Positions 47,728 through 58,720 are shown, counted from the first letter of the stretch. The stretch is 64,000 nt of DNA from an uncultured Gammaproteobacteria bacterium (GCA_964485575.1 CAZAJO010000004.1:25307-89306), one strand, 5' to 3'. Numbers and translations: made by a program. Notes: generated from the sequence alone by a model not told the origin.

Positions 47728-49185
47728 TTATTTTGAGGGGGAAATTACTTTAATTGTACTGACTCTACCTTCAACCATCCAGTTATCTCCGTAGAGAAGG
47801 ATATAATATTTACTTTCATCGAACACATCAATCTTTTTGAGATAACTTATTGCATTTTTCATATCATCCAGCTTCACTGGCTGCCCTTTTTTGAAAATCG
47901 TAGGTTGAACGAATGGGAATACACCATAATTTGCAGTTAGACTGTCACGTACTTTCTCATTTGGTGCAAAAACAAAAATCGGAGCCTCTGCTCTATATCT
48001 TGAAAGCTTGCGGGCTGTCCTACCACCTTCTGTGAAGACCACAAAGCCACCAAAATTGAAGTTTTTCTTACGGAACTGTAGATAGAGGTTATATGCGGTA
48101 TCACAAAGCATTTCTTCGGCATCTACGGTTATGAAATCGAAAGTGTTTCGTGTATCTTTGACAAGAACGTTCTTTTCATTAAAAACAATTGTTTTTTTCA
48201 TCATGGCAACTGCCTCCAAAGGATACTGTCCTGCAGCTGATTCTTCTGAAAGCATGACCATATCGGTCAAATCAAAAGCAGCGTTTGCTATGTCTGAGAT
48301 CTCAGCCCGTGTTGGGTAAGGTTTTTCTATCATGGAATGAATCATTTGAGTTGCAGTGATCACTGGAAAGCCTCTTTCCATACATTTTTTGATCATAATT
48401 TTCTGGTAATAAGGCACTTGTTCTATCGGTAATTCTACTCCCAAATCTCCTCGAGCAACCATAATTCCTTCAGATGCATCTATGACCTCATCTAGTGCAT
48501 CTATTGCTAGTTTTGTTTCTATTTTTGAGATGACACGACCGTGAAATCCAGTCTTTGCCATGAATTTCTTGAGATCAAAAACATCTTGAGCTGTTCTGAC
48601 GAATGAAAGAGCTACAAAATCAACAGGAGAACTGGCAAATCCTTTTATAGCTTCTTTGTCGCGTTCTGTAATAGCAGCCAAAGGAAAATAGACACCAGGT
48701 ACGCTTAGGGTCTTTCTTGTCTTGAGTGATCCATTGGAATGCGATAAAAGCGTAACAGCGTCTTTCCCTGCTTTTATAACTTCGAATTGGAATTTTCCGT
48801 CGTCTACAACTACTTTCTGGCCTTTCTCAAGGTAAGAAAGTACTATATCATCAGTCAAAGAAAAACTGTCGTTGTCTTTTTGCTGTTTTGTGATTGTTAT
48901 TTCACTACCTTTAACGATTGCAACCTCTGAACTTTGAGGTGTAACAAGTCTGATCTCTGGTCCTTGAAGATCAATAAGAACACCAATTGCACGATCCATT
49001 TTTTTTGCGATTGATTTGACTAAGCTAATTTTCTCTTTATGCCAGGAAAGTTCGTTGTGTTTGAGGTTGAATCGGAATATGTCTACACCCTCTTCGATGA
49101 GCTTTTTGATCATTTCTTCACTCTCTGAGGCTGGACCAATGGTTGCTATTATTTTTGTATATTCGTGTACGTTTAGTTTTTGCAT
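47728..49185 (-). CDS. pyk: Pyruvate kinase
   Basis: TKIIATIGPAS, DLQGPEIR, SKIET, MVARGDLGVE, ITATQM, PTRAE; start placed at ATG 49185. Confidence 0.96.
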   Translation of the reverse strand: MQKLNVHEYTKIIATIGPASESEEMIKKLIEEGVDIFRFNLKHNELSWHKEKISLVKSIAKKMDRAIGVLIDLQGPEIRLVTPQSSEVAIVKGSEITITKQQKDNDSFSLTDDIVLSYLEKGQKVVVDDGKFQFEVIKAGKDAVTLLSHSNGSLKTRKTLSVPGVYFPLAAITERDKEAIKGFASSPVDFVALSFVRTAQDVFDLKKFMAKTGFHGRVISKIETKLAIDALDEVIDASEGIMVARGDLGVELPIEQVPYYQKIMIKKCMERGFPVITATQMIHSMIEKPYPTRAEISDIANAAFDLTDMVMLSEESAAGQYPLEAVAMMKKTIVFNEKNVLVKDTRNTFDFITVDAEEMLCDTAYNLYLQFRKKNFNFGGFVVFTEGGRTARKLSRYRAEAPIFVFAPNEKVRDSLTANYGVFPFVQPTIFKKGQPVKLDDMKNAISYLKKIDVFDESKYYILLYGDNWMVEGRVSTIKVISPSK

Positions 49186-49273
49186 GTTAAAGACGAAAAA
49201 AGCGGCATCCACTTGATACCGCCACGGTCAATATTGTACTATATTTTTTCTAATCAATCAAGCACTTTGCCTT

Positions 49274-50074
49274 CTAATTCACTATCTTTCCGAAAAATAT
49301 CCTTCCAACGTCTGTTTGGATTACCCGCGAGATGATAACTTTTACAGTTTCGTCTATCATACTTTCTCCTTCTTCAACTACCACCATCGTTCCATCGGGT
49401 AAATACCCTACTCCTTGCCTGTCACCTTTTCCTTTTTGGATAACTTTGATGAAGAAGGCTTCTCCGGGAAGGGCTGTAGTCTTTAGTACATTTGCCATTT
49501 CGTACATATCAATTGCAGTCACTCCTGAAATCTGGGCTTTCTTCGATAGGTTGAAATCGCAGGTGATGATTTTACCTTTCGTTTTCTTAGAGGCTTCAAT
49601 AATACGCTCATCTACTGGTTTTTTTATCGATGCATCGTCGTATGTTTCAAAAAGAACCCCTTTGCTCTTTCTCAAGATCTCAAGAAGAGTCAATCCTTTT
49701 CTCCCCCGCTCTTTTTTTAATTCATCTTTTGAATCAGCAATATGCTTTAGTTCATCCAACACTCCGTCTAAAACAACAAAGGTTCCTGTAAAAACGCCTA
49801 AGCGTATGAGTTCAAAAACTCTGGCGTCTATGATTGCTGATGTATCAAGGAATAATGGGTTATCGAGTTTTTTTTGTGAATCAGGTGTTGAAGGTGCTCT
49901 TTTGAGCCTATTTGAGACCCTCATAGCTACCTCTTCCGCAATCTGACTAACAACGCGCTGAGGAAGCAGTATTCCTTCAAGAATTCTATTGGCTTCGTGG
50001 ACGTGTGGAACGACTGCCGCTTTTGTAGATTTTTTAACAACTTTCTTTGATGATTGTGTTTTTTCTTTGGCCAT
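49274..50074 (-). CDS. PIN/TRAM domain protein (YacL-like, lacking TM region)
   Basis: LDTSAIIDAR, RGRKGL, ITCDFNL, QGVGYLPDGTMVVVE; next to radA. Confidence 0.9.
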   Translation of the reverse strand: MAKEKTQSSKKVVKKSTKAAVVPHVHEANRILEGILLPQRVVSQIAEEVAMRVSNRLKRAPSTPDSQKKLDNPLFLDTSAIIDARVFELIRLGVFTGTFVVLDGVLDELKHIADSKDELKKERGRKGLTLLEILRKSKGVLFETYDDASIKKPVDERIIEASKKTKGKIITCDFNLSKKAQISGVTAIDMYEMANVLKTTALPGEAFFIKVIQKGKGDRQGVGYLPDGTMVVVEEGESMIDETVKVIISRVIQTDVGRIFFGKIVN

Positions 50075-50117
50075 ACAATAATGATTTTACTTATTCCTAA
50101 CTGAAATCCAGCTGAAT

Positions 50118-51470
50118 CTAGCTTTTTGCTGATGCTAGATTGAGTGCTTTTTTCAAGAATGGAGCTGATTTGAATGTAATGATATTCTTATACCCAAACT
50201 TAACAGCTTCTTTTTCCCGTTTCTCCAAGTTTATCACGCCTTTCGTCTCACCTAAAAGTCCCACTTCGGCGATCGCCACCGTTGAATTTAAAGTAAACCC
50301 TTTGATGCTTGAAGCAATCGCTAGACAAATTGCAAGGTCAGATGCAGTCTCGGAAATCTTGAGTCCCCCGACAACATTAACGAAAACATCGTATTTATCA
50401 GTACTTATTGTACCATGACGTTGTAATACGGCGAGTAAGAGTTCAAGTCTTCTATCGGCAATTCCTTGAGCAACCCGTCTTGGAAATGCCAACTGTGAAG
50501 GAACGGTCAATGCCTGCACCTCAACGAGTAATGGCCGTGACCCTTCCATAACTACTGTTATACAAGAACCGGGGACTGTTTTTTCATTTGTTCCAAGAAA
50601 AAAATCCTTTACATTTGCTATTTCTGAAAGCCCTTTTTCCTCCATGATAAATATTCCGACCTCACTTGTATCACCAAATCTATTTTTAAGAGCCCTTAAA
50701 ATTCTTGTCCCAGTCAATGATTCACCCTCAAGATAGAGTACGCAGTCAACCATATGAGCCAAAAGCTGCGGACCTGCAATCGTACCCTCTTTTGTGACGT
50801 GTCCTATAAAAAAGACAGGAATCTGGCTGCTCTTTGCAAAATTAACCAACTTCATTGTTGAATATCGTAGCTGTGGCAATGAGCCTGGAAATCCGGTAGC
50901 ATCATCCGATGAAACAGTCTGGATGGAATCTATGATCAGAAGGTCTACTTTTTTGTCGGTAGCCGTTGCTACTGCCTGATCAATATCTGTACTTGAAAGT
51001 ATAAAAAGGTCTTGATTTGAAAGTATCTTTTCACTCGCTATTCTTTCTGCTCTAATGCGGATTTGTGACTCACTTTCCTCTCCACTAACGTAAAGCACCT
51101 TCTTACCACTTCCGGCAATATTTAATGCAATCTGAAGCATTATGGTAGATTTCCCTATCCCAGGATCTCCAGATAATAGAATAACCTCTCCTGGAACAAT
51201 TCCTTGAAATTTTTCTTTACCTCCCAAAACGCGATCGAATTCCGAAATTGTTGTTGTGATGCGGGACAATTGTGTACTTTTGATTTGTCCGATTTTCTGT
51301 ACATTTTGAGGCATGACAGGACTTTTTCGACTGGTGACTCCACCCTTTGGTTTTTCTGGAAGGACCATTTCTTGGAATGTATTCCAACTCTGACAATCGG
51401 GACAAAGACCTAACCATTTAGAGGATTCATTACCGCAGTTGTTGCATACGAATATTCTTTTAGCAGCCAT
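50118..51470 (-). CDS. radA: DNA repair protein RadA/Sms
   Basis: CNNCG...CPDC zinc finger, GDPGIGKST, YVSGEES, KNRFG. Confidence 0.97.
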   Translation of the reverse strand: MAAKRIFVCNNCGNESSKWLGLCPDCQSWNTFQEMVLPEKPKGGVTSRKSPVMPQNVQKIGQIKSTQLSRITTTISEFDRVLGGKEKFQGIVPGEVILLSGDPGIGKSTIMLQIALNIAGSGKKVLYVSGEESESQIRIRAERIASEKILSNQDLFILSSTDIDQAVATATDKKVDLLIIDSIQTVSSDDATGFPGSLPQLRYSTMKLVNFAKSSQIPVFFIGHVTKEGTIAGPQLLAHMVDCVLYLEGESLTGTRILRALKNRFGDTSEVGIFIMEEKGLSEIANVKDFFLGTNEKTVPGSCITVVMEGSRPLLVEVQALTVPSQLAFPRRVAQGIADRRLELLLAVLQRHGTISTDKYDVFVNVVGGLKISETASDLAICLAIASSIKGFTLNSTVAIAEVGLLGETKGVINLEKREKEAVKFGYKNIITFKSAPFLKKALNLASAKS

Positions 51471-52561
51471 TATCTATATCCTATCACTTTAGTCTTCAAG
51501 ACTGGGGAAACAAGTATGAGTCTCTTTTTGTCGTCAAAATCAGTCACTTCAACTTCAACCTTATCATCTTTCTTGTATTCTTTGTCTGTAGGGATCTTTG
51601 AAGACGAAATAAATGCAGTGACGTTTTCCTCAACTTGAAGAGTAATTCCTTTTGATTTAACATCAACTACAGTTGCGGTTAATGTGTCCTCCTTTTTATA
51701 TTTCTTTTTAACGTCTTCAAAATTATCTTTCTCCAAGCGCTTCAATGAAAGATTGACTCGTTTGTTTTCGACATCAACTCCAATTATTTGAGTCTCAAGA
51801 GTCTGTCCGATCTTAAATTTACCCTCAAGTCCCTCTACTCTTTGGTGGCTTACTTCTGAAATATGGATAAACCCTTCTATCAAAATGCCTTCACGGGGGG
51901 ATACTTCAAGATAGATTCCATAAGGTGTGACAAGGGTTACAAGTGCTTTTACAACAGTATCTCTCTTTACTTCTTTCTCAATCTCTGAAATATTCATGAG
52001 GTAGTGAGTTGCCTTTTGAGAAACGATTACTCTTTTCTTCTCACGGTCAAATTCAATTACTTTAACATCAACTGAATCCCCTTGCATAAGTCTTGCATCC
52101 AAAAGTTGGGAATTAGGAAGAAAACCCTTGATCCCCTCTTTTGTTTCGATGAAGTATCCGCCACGAGTTACCTCAAGTACATAAGCTTTGAGCGTCGTAT
52201 CGGCTTTAAACACTCCTTCAAGCGCTCCGTATACTTTCTCTTCCAACATCCGTCTCAAAGAAAGGACAGGAAATCCTTCCTCAGACTCGGGTGAAATGAC
52301 GCTTGCAGTGACTGTATCTCCGACTTTAAGAAGACCCAAAAGGTTCTCCATATTCTGCTTGTCGTATTCGATAACCAAAGCATCTGACTTATAACCGATA
52401 TCAAGAAGTATTTCTTTTGGAGTTAGTTTTTTAACTACCCCCTTAACATTATCTCCTCTTTTAAGAGACTGAAATTGTGAAGACTGGCGAGACATTAACT
52501 CGGCCATTGATGTGGCTTTACCCGAATGGGCGTTACCCTTTGAAGATGATACGTCGGACAT
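51470..52561 (-). CDS. rpsA: 30S ribosomal protein S1 (short, about four S1 domains)
   Basis: Repeated S1 motifs e.g. EGFIHISEVS, RVNLSLK. Confidence 0.85.
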   Translation of the reverse strand: MSDVSSSKGNAHSGKATSMAELMSRQSSQFQSLKRGDNVKGVVKKLTPKEILLDIGYKSDALVIEYDKQNMENLLGLLKVGDTVTASVISPESEEGFPVLSLRRMLEEKVYGALEGVFKADTTLKAYVLEVTRGGYFIETKEGIKGFLPNSQLLDARLMQGDSVDVKVIEFDREKKRVIVSQKATHYLMNISEIEKEVKRDTVVKALVTLVTPYGIYLEVSPREGILIEGFIHISEVSHQRVEGLEGKFKIGQTLETQIIGVDVENKRVNLSLKRLEKDNFEDVKKKYKKEDTLTATVVDVKSKGITLQVEENVTAFISSSKIPTDKEYKKDDKVEVEVTDFDDKKRLILVSPVLKTKVIGYR

Positions 52562-52664
52562 ATATATAATTTCCTTTCATGTTAGATGAGGTTATTTTAC
52601 CACACACTACCCTATGTTGCAAAAGAAAAAGAAGTGATATACTCTTTCAATTCTGCCCATATCT

Positions 52665-54089
52665 ATGAGCGCGGAAAAACCATCAAGATTTGAAGTTATA
52701 CAATCAGCCCTAGCACATTCTAGGGAAATAGTAGCAGCTGGACCAACTGAGGAAATTCCAATATTCACAATAGAAGGATTGGCCGACACATCAATACCCC
52801 TACTTGAACAATTGGAAATCCATGAGGAGCATGTAATCAATCCGGATGGTGAATCTGCTCCACATATCGACAAAATAAATACTCCATTCAGACGGGAGTT
52901 ATATCATCAACTCTATTCTTCTGCACAACGAGGCATATTACCCACAAGAGATGCTCTTGTTTTTGCTCTCTTTATTGATGAGCTTAACAATGGGATGGAT
53001 AGACGTGAAGCTGTTGCATTAACTAACGATAATATTAAAAGCCTAACGGGCACACTAGGCAAAAACGGAGTTGAAGTGGTTTCAAAAGCTGGACATAAAG
53101 GGGTATATTACAATCTGCCAAAGTTTTATAAAGAACCGGCTGAAATAACCACAGAAGCTGAAAAACCACAGATGTCAGAATTATTTCCTGAGATTCCAAA
53201 TGAGGAGATTTCTTCATATATCTCACTTTTTCAGGAAGGGACAGCAACTCGAGCATATATTCAATATGCTGCTGACCTAATAGCTAAGGGTATTTATCCT
53301 AACGCCGATACAACGAGAAAGCACTTTTTTGAAAATGGGTACACCCTAAAAAATCATGAAAATTCAGTAGCATACTTGAGATTTAGATTTAGACAAATAG
53401 CCTTAGATAGAAGACAGAAAGAACCTTCAGTAGACGAAACAAATCAGACTAGCAAGTCTACATCTCCGGGGATAGAAGGTTTTTTTAAAGGAATTCCAAA
53501 TGCAGATCTCCCAGATCCGGATGATGTCTTTAGACCAAACACGCTCTCCCATAAATACTTTACCTTCGTGAGAAATCAAATCAAAGACGGTGTTCTTCCA
53601 ACTCTACATGACGTCAAAAGTTACCTATCTGAATCTGGAGCTTCGATTGAGCATTTTGAGCAGATAAGAACTTCTGTGGAAAAGAAGGTTCGTGAATCAC
53701 TCGGACCTTCATTTGATGCTTGGAAATCGAAAAGAGAAATCGTGAACGGTTTCCCAGTTATTATTGCTCCTGAAAGGCCTCATTCTGAAGAACAAGTTCA
53801 AAAACAAAGCGCTGATGATGAAATGCAAAGGGTAAGCATTCAGTTCATGCGTCCGGATCTGAAAGTAGTCGCTTCTACTGTGTTTGATAGAACGGCCGGT
53901 AAATCAATCAGCCAAAGCGATTGGATAGCTGAAATACGAAAAGAAAATCCAAATATATTTATCGGCCCAACAGATCTTCCAAGACTTATTCAGGAAATGA
54001 GAGAAGAGGGAAATATCAAAGTTATATCTTTTGTTAGTGATGGGGTTACTTATTATTACCGTAGGTCGGACAATATAAAAAGAATCTGA
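52665..54089 (+). CDS. Hypothetical protein with repeated helical (winged-helix-like) modules
   Basis: Internal repeats ending in GILPT / GIYPN / GVLPT; no signal peptide. Confidence 0.6.
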   Translation: MSAEKPSRFEVIQSALAHSREIVAAGPTEEIPIFTIEGLADTSIPLLEQLEIHEEHVINPDGESAPHIDKINTPFRRELYHQLYSSAQRGILPTRDALVFALFIDELNNGMDRREAVALTNDNIKSLTGTLGKNGVEVVSKAGHKGVYYNLPKFYKEPAEITTEAEKPQMSELFPEIPNEEISSYISLFQEGTATRAYIQYAADLIAKGIYPNADTTRKHFFENGYTLKNHENSVAYLRFRFRQIALDRRQKEPSVDETNQTSKSTSPGIEGFFKGIPNADLPDPDDVFRPNTLSHKYFTFVRNQIKDGVLPTLHDVKSYLSESGASIEHFEQIRTSVEKKVRESLGPSFDAWKSKREIVNGFPVIIAPERPHSEEQVQKQSADDEMQRVSIQFMRPDLKVVASTVFDRTAGKSISQSDWIAEIRKENPNIFIGPTDLPRLIQEMREEGNIKVISFVSDGVTYYYRRSDNIKRI

Positions 54090-54101
54090 TATTATAAAAA
54101 G

Positions 54102-54707
54102 ATGGAAGGTTTTCTTGTTGGTATTATTATTTTAGTGTTCTCAGCGATCCTTCATGAGGTTGCTCATGGGTTTGTCGCTGATAGGCTTGGTGATCCAACG
54201 GCTCGGCTCGCTGGACGTCTGACTCTAAATCCACTACCCCACATAGATCCTATTATGAGTATTGCTGTCCCACTTCTTCTTATCCTCTCCCATTCGCCTC
54301 TTATTTTTGGTGCAGCACGGCCAGTGCCAGTCAATCCTCTCATGCTTCGGGAAGGAAGAAAGGACGTTGCCCTTGTTGCCCTTGCCGGGCCACTGACTAA
54401 CCTTCTTCTTGCATTGACTGGAGCACTACTACTCAAGCTTTTGGGCGGATTTATTCCTCAGATAGTACCAGTACTTACAATTGTAGTTTTTTATAACCTT
54501 GCACTCGGATTTCTGAACCTTATTCCAATTCCACCTTTAGACGGATCAAAATTTTTCTCTATCATCCTACCGGAAAGGGCTGCACAACAGTATTTTGCCT
54601 TGGCTCCTTTCGGAATATTTTTACTATTTCTACTTCTTTTAGCTACTCCGTTAGGTGATATTCTAAACGTATTGATCTTTAACTCTCTTCACGTTCTGGG
54701 GATTTAA
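54102..54707 (+). CDS. Site-2 protease (peptidase M50)
   Basis: LHEVAHG, ALAGPLTN, NLIPIPPLDG. Confidence 0.93.
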   Translation: MEGFLVGIIILVFSAILHEVAHGFVADRLGDPTARLAGRLTLNPLPHIDPIMSIAVPLLLILSHSPLIFGAARPVPVNPLMLREGRKDVALVALAGPLTNLLLALTGALLLKLLGGFIPQIVPVLTIVVFYNLALGFLNLIPIPPLDGSKFFSIILPERAAQQYFALAPFGIFLLFLLLLATPLGDILNVLIFNSLHVLGI

Positions 54708-54775
54708 TAACAAATCTTAAAAAGCCTTGTGCAACAACGTTTTTACTGATATATTCATCCCAACCAAATTTAATT

Positions 54776-56713
54776 ATGATAGAAGATCCATTATCCTCTG
54801 CTCAGCTCGGAATTGCACCTGAAGAATTTATTGATCAAGAGCCACTAAGTGTAACTCCAAACGTTGTCCCCCCTTTAGAGATTAATACTCCACCGTTAGA
54901 GCCTGGAGACGAAATACCTCTACCAACCTCTGCAGAATTAAATTTAGTACCAAATAGTATTTTTTCAAGATCATATGATGCAATGAATCAATTAGCACAA
55001 ACTGGACAGCCGATAACTCCTAGAAGTGTTGCCTTAATTGCCCTTGCAAACGAAATAGCTGCAGGACTTTCGATTTCAGATGCAGAATTTAAGGTTTCCA
55101 ATAATATATACGCACAAAGAAAATCATTCTTTAAAAACCATGGAATAGAAATAGAAACTTATAAAAGTGAAGAACACGGGCTAGCATTTAAACCACAAAA
55201 AACAACTGAACCAAAGACATTTCGAACACCAAAATCCGAAGCTGATAAGAATACAGAACCAACTCCAGACTTACAAAAGGAACCAATAAAACCACGTTTA
55301 AGCGCATTTGAAATAGATATATACTCCCATCCTGAAAGATTTGGAGAAGAAGGAAGTGATGTGAGACGCACTGCTGAAATCTTGTTCTCTCGAGCGCTTG
55401 CAAATAGAGGCTCAAGTCGAGAACTTATTCTTGAAGACTTTGCTCCTGGATACCTCTTAGACCATCCTGGTGCTTCCCAAAAAACCATATCAAACGCATT
55501 TGGACGAAGCATTGTATTGCTTGAGCAAGCGTTAAAGGAACGCGATAGTTCTTTTAGAATACCGAGATCAACAGGTAACAGTAAAAATTCAATCTTAAAA
55601 ATTGATCACGACTCTATCCCACTGCCAATAACCACGCAAGAAGAAGCAAAACAAATTTCCGTAGACAAAGAGACAGAAACAGAAGGGGAAGAGCAGGAAA
55701 CAATTGATACCTCAGTATTTGGGGTATCAAAAACAACACTAATTCAATATCTTTTAAGTTCAAATAAGGCACGAACACTAACAGATATATCAGTAATAAG
55801 ACGTAAGGACGGCAAAACTGGCCCCGTTCTAACAGCAGAAATGAATACAACCAGAATGGTTGTTTCGACTCTTCAATTAGAACTCCCGAAAGGAGTTGAG
55901 CTAAGAAATTCTTTAGACCAAAACAATAAACCCCTTCCCGACCAATTCGAAGTTTATCCTAAAGACATTACTATTCAACAAATTATTGAACTTAAAAAAC
56001 AAGAAATTGAAGCATCAAGAATTGCAAAGGAGTCAGAACAAAAGAAACAAGAGGCAGAAAGGATCTCTCTTGAAGAAAGAAGAGTCGCATTAGAAGCAGA
56101 ACGATTGGCACAAAGGGAAAGAATGAGAATTGAAGCTGAAAAAGCACAAAAAGAAAGAATAGAGGCAGAAAGGATTGTTGCTGAAGAACGAGCATTAGAA
56201 GAATCCTTAGCTAAGGCATTAGAGCTAGAGGTAGATGCAGCCCTAAGAGTACTGGAGGTTACTAAGCCTGAGGCCCCAGTTCCACAACCCGCAGAAAGAC
56301 CAGATCCAATACAAAAAGCTCCCCAAGTTCGAAGATTTGAAATGAGACCTGGAGTACAGGAAGAAGTAACAGCTAAAAGAATTGAGCCGCAGAAAGAAGC
56401 AGGGATTGAAATACTCGATGGGAAAGTTATAATGTCTGATGATCAATTAAAGGTTTTTGATGCTCTCAAGGGCATGGGTCAAAATGGAGCAAAACCCCGT
56501 GACATTGCCCAAATTATTACCCAAGGAAAAGCAAAGGGTACAATTATTCCTGATACAGAACGCCGTCTCAAAGAACTAATGGATGCTTTCTCCCAAACTC
56601 CTATTCGCATCATCCACCCCACTGATGAAAATGGCATAGTCGACGACAGAAGATTTATTCTTGATATACCAGAAGGAGTAAATCCACTCAATTTCATATC
56701 ATTTAGGGCTTGA
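54776..56713 (+). CDS. Hypothetical protein with winged-helix-like modules and an E/R/K coiled coil
   Basis: 645 aa; module similar to 52665-54089; long EAERI coiled coil. Confidence 0.6.
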   Translation: MIEDPLSSAQLGIAPEEFIDQEPLSVTPNVVPPLEINTPPLEPGDEIPLPTSAELNLVPNSIFSRSYDAMNQLAQTGQPITPRSVALIALANEIAAGLSISDAEFKVSNNIYAQRKSFFKNHGIEIETYKSEEHGLAFKPQKTTEPKTFRTPKSEADKNTEPTPDLQKEPIKPRLSAFEIDIYSHPERFGEEGSDVRRTAEILFSRALANRGSSRELILEDFAPGYLLDHPGASQKTISNAFGRSIVLLEQALKERDSSFRIPRSTGNSKNSILKIDHDSIPLPITTQEEAKQISVDKETETEGEEQETIDTSVFGVSKTTLIQYLLSSNKARTLTDISVIRRKDGKTGPVLTAEMNTTRMVVSTLQLELPKGVELRNSLDQNNKPLPDQFEVYPKDITIQQIIELKKQEIEASRIAKESEQKKQEAERISLEERRVALEAERLAQRERMRIEAEKAQKERIEAERIVAEERALEESLAKALELEVDAALRVLEVTKPEAPVPQPAERPDPIQKAPQVRRFEMRPGVQEEVTAKRIEPQKEAGIEILDGKVIMSDDQLKVFDALKGMGQNGAKPRDIAQIITQGKAKGTIIPDTERRLKELMDAFSQTPIRIIHPTDENGIVDDRRFILDIPEGVNPLNFISFRA

Positions 56714-56748
56714 GTTTTTAGGCCAAATCCCTTATCATAACTACTCAC

Positions 56749-57990
56749 ATGAAAATTACAAATCTTGCCGCTCTTGAGATTTTGGACTCTCGAGGTAACC
56801 CAACAGTCCGCACAATTGTCACTCTAGAAGATGGAACAACCCACGCATCAAGTGTGCCTTCTGGCGCTTCAACAGGGTCTCATGAGGCAGTAGAGCTTCG
56901 TGATGAGGACAATACCCGTTATATGGGCAAAGGTGTACTTAATGCCGTAGAAAATGTAAATACTACTATAAAAGAAGCGATCGTTGGCATGAAGGCAGAT
57001 CCAAATACGATTGATGAGTTGATGCTTCAACTCGACGGAACCCCAAATAAGGCAAAATTAGGTGCAAACGCTATCCTTTCTGTGTCACAAGCAGTAGTTA
57101 AAGCCGCCGCTCACGCAAAAGGACAACCTCTTTGGAAATTTATGAATGAATACTACTTTAATAGTAGTCCGGTTGGTTTTCCTCAGTTGCTTGTAAACAT
57201 TGTAAACGGAGGCAAACACGCTTCATGGAATTTTGATATCCAGGAATTTATGGTCGTTCCAAATACTAAGGTCCCATCAGAATCAGTCAGAATCGCAGCT
57301 GAGATATTTCATAACCTGGGAAAAATCCTGAAAGAAAAAAAACTCTCTACTCTGTTGGGAGATGAGGGCGGCTATTCTCCTCTTCTTTCTTCAAATGAAG
57401 AGGTATTGGAAACTATTATCGCCGCGGCAAAGAACGCAGGATATGAAAATGTAAAAGATTATCGACTCTCACTTGATGTTGCCTCAACAGAATTTTTCAA
57501 AGACGGAAAGTACGAGTTTAAAAAGCAGAATAAGTGGCTCACTCCTGAAGAATTGACAGCATACTACCAAGAAATTGGGCAAAAATACTTAATTCTTTCA
57601 TTTGAAGATGCATTTTCTGAAGACGATTGGAAAGCTTGGACTAACTTTACCGATATGGCTGAAAAATTTAAGTTCATCACCATTGGAGACGACCTTCTCG
57701 TCACAAATCCTGAAAGAATTAAAAGAGCAATTGATGAAAAGGCTGCTAATGCAGTACTTGTGAAGGTAAATCAGATTGGATCTATTAAAGAAACTGTTGA
57801 AGCAATTAATATGAGCCACGCGGCTGGCTGGAAAACTGCAATTTCTCATAGATCAGGTGAAACTGAAGACTCATTTATCGCAGATTTGGCCTATGCATGC
57901 GCTAGTGAATTTATCAAAACAGGTTCTATGGCCAGATCTGAGCGCCTCGCAAAATATAACCGCCTCCTAGAGATAGAAAAGGGATTATAA
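56749..57990 (+). CDS. eno: Enolase
   Basis: EILDSRGNPT, VPSGASTG, GDEGG, VKVNQIG, SHRSGET. Confidence 0.97.
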   Translation: MKITNLAALEILDSRGNPTVRTIVTLEDGTTHASSVPSGASTGSHEAVELRDEDNTRYMGKGVLNAVENVNTTIKEAIVGMKADPNTIDELMLQLDGTPNKAKLGANAILSVSQAVVKAAAHAKGQPLWKFMNEYYFNSSPVGFPQLLVNIVNGGKHASWNFDIQEFMVVPNTKVPSESVRIAAEIFHNLGKILKEKKLSTLLGDEGGYSPLLSSNEEVLETIIAAAKNAGYENVKDYRLSLDVASTEFFKDGKYEFKKQNKWLTPEELTAYYQEIGQKYLILSFEDAFSEDDWKAWTNFTDMAEKFKFITIGDDLLVTNPERIKRAIDEKAANAVLVKVNQIGSIKETVEAINMSHAAGWKTAISHRSGETEDSFIADLAYACASEFIKTGSMARSERLAKYNRLLEIEKGL

Positions 57991-57996
57991 TTATTT

Positions 57997-58626
57997 ATGG
58001 CAAAGTTAGTACTTGTACGTCATGGAAAATCTGAGTGGAATGAAAAAGGTCTTTGGACTGGGTGGCGTGATATCCCTCTTGCTCCAACAGGCATTGAAGA
58101 AGCCCAAACAACTGGAGAACAGTTAAATGATATCCACTTTGACTATGCCTATACATCCGCACTTATGCGCGCGCAACAAACTTTAGCTGAAATTTTAAAA
58201 GTCATCAATCAACAGCCACCAATCACCAATGACCAATCACTAAATGAGCGTGATTATGGGGATTACACTGAAAAAAACAAATGGGATATCCAAAAAGAAC
58301 TTGGAGAAGAAGAGTTTCAAAAAATTAGACGGTCATGGGACTACCCTCCTCCAAATGGCGAAAGCCTCAAGATGGTATACGAGCGAGTGCTTCCTTACTT
58401 CGTGTCTGAGATTCTCCCCCATCTGAAAGAAGGCAAGAACGTTATTATTGCAGCACACGGCAATTCTTTGAGGGCTCTTGTTAAATTCCTTGAAAACATC
58501 TCGGAAGAAGATATAGCTACACTCGAAATTGGAACAGGAGAAGCATATATTTATGATCTAGATTCTGAAGGAAAGGTGACTAATAAAGAAATCCGCGGCA
58601 TTAACGAGAATAAAGGCACAGTGTAA
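57997..58626 (+). CDS. gpmA: 2,3-bisphosphoglycerate-dependent phosphoglycerate mutase
   Basis: LVRHGKSEWN, LNERDYG, IRRSWD, AHGNSLR. Confidence 0.95.
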   Translation: MAKLVLVRHGKSEWNEKGLWTGWRDIPLAPTGIEEAQTTGEQLNDIHFDYAYTSALMRAQQTLAEILKVINQQPPITNDQSLNERDYGDYTEKNKWDIQKELGEEEFQKIRRSWDYPPPNGESLKMVYERVLPYFVSEILPHLKEGKNVIIAAHGNSLRALVKFLENISEEDIATLEIGTGEAYIYDLDSEGKVTNKEIRGINENKGTV

Positions 58627-58720
58627 AATAGGTAAGAGTACTAGAAGTTAGGTAGTAGAATCTCCAAAATATAACTTGATATTGACTATTTCCTATTACC
58701 TAGTTACTATTACCTAAACT

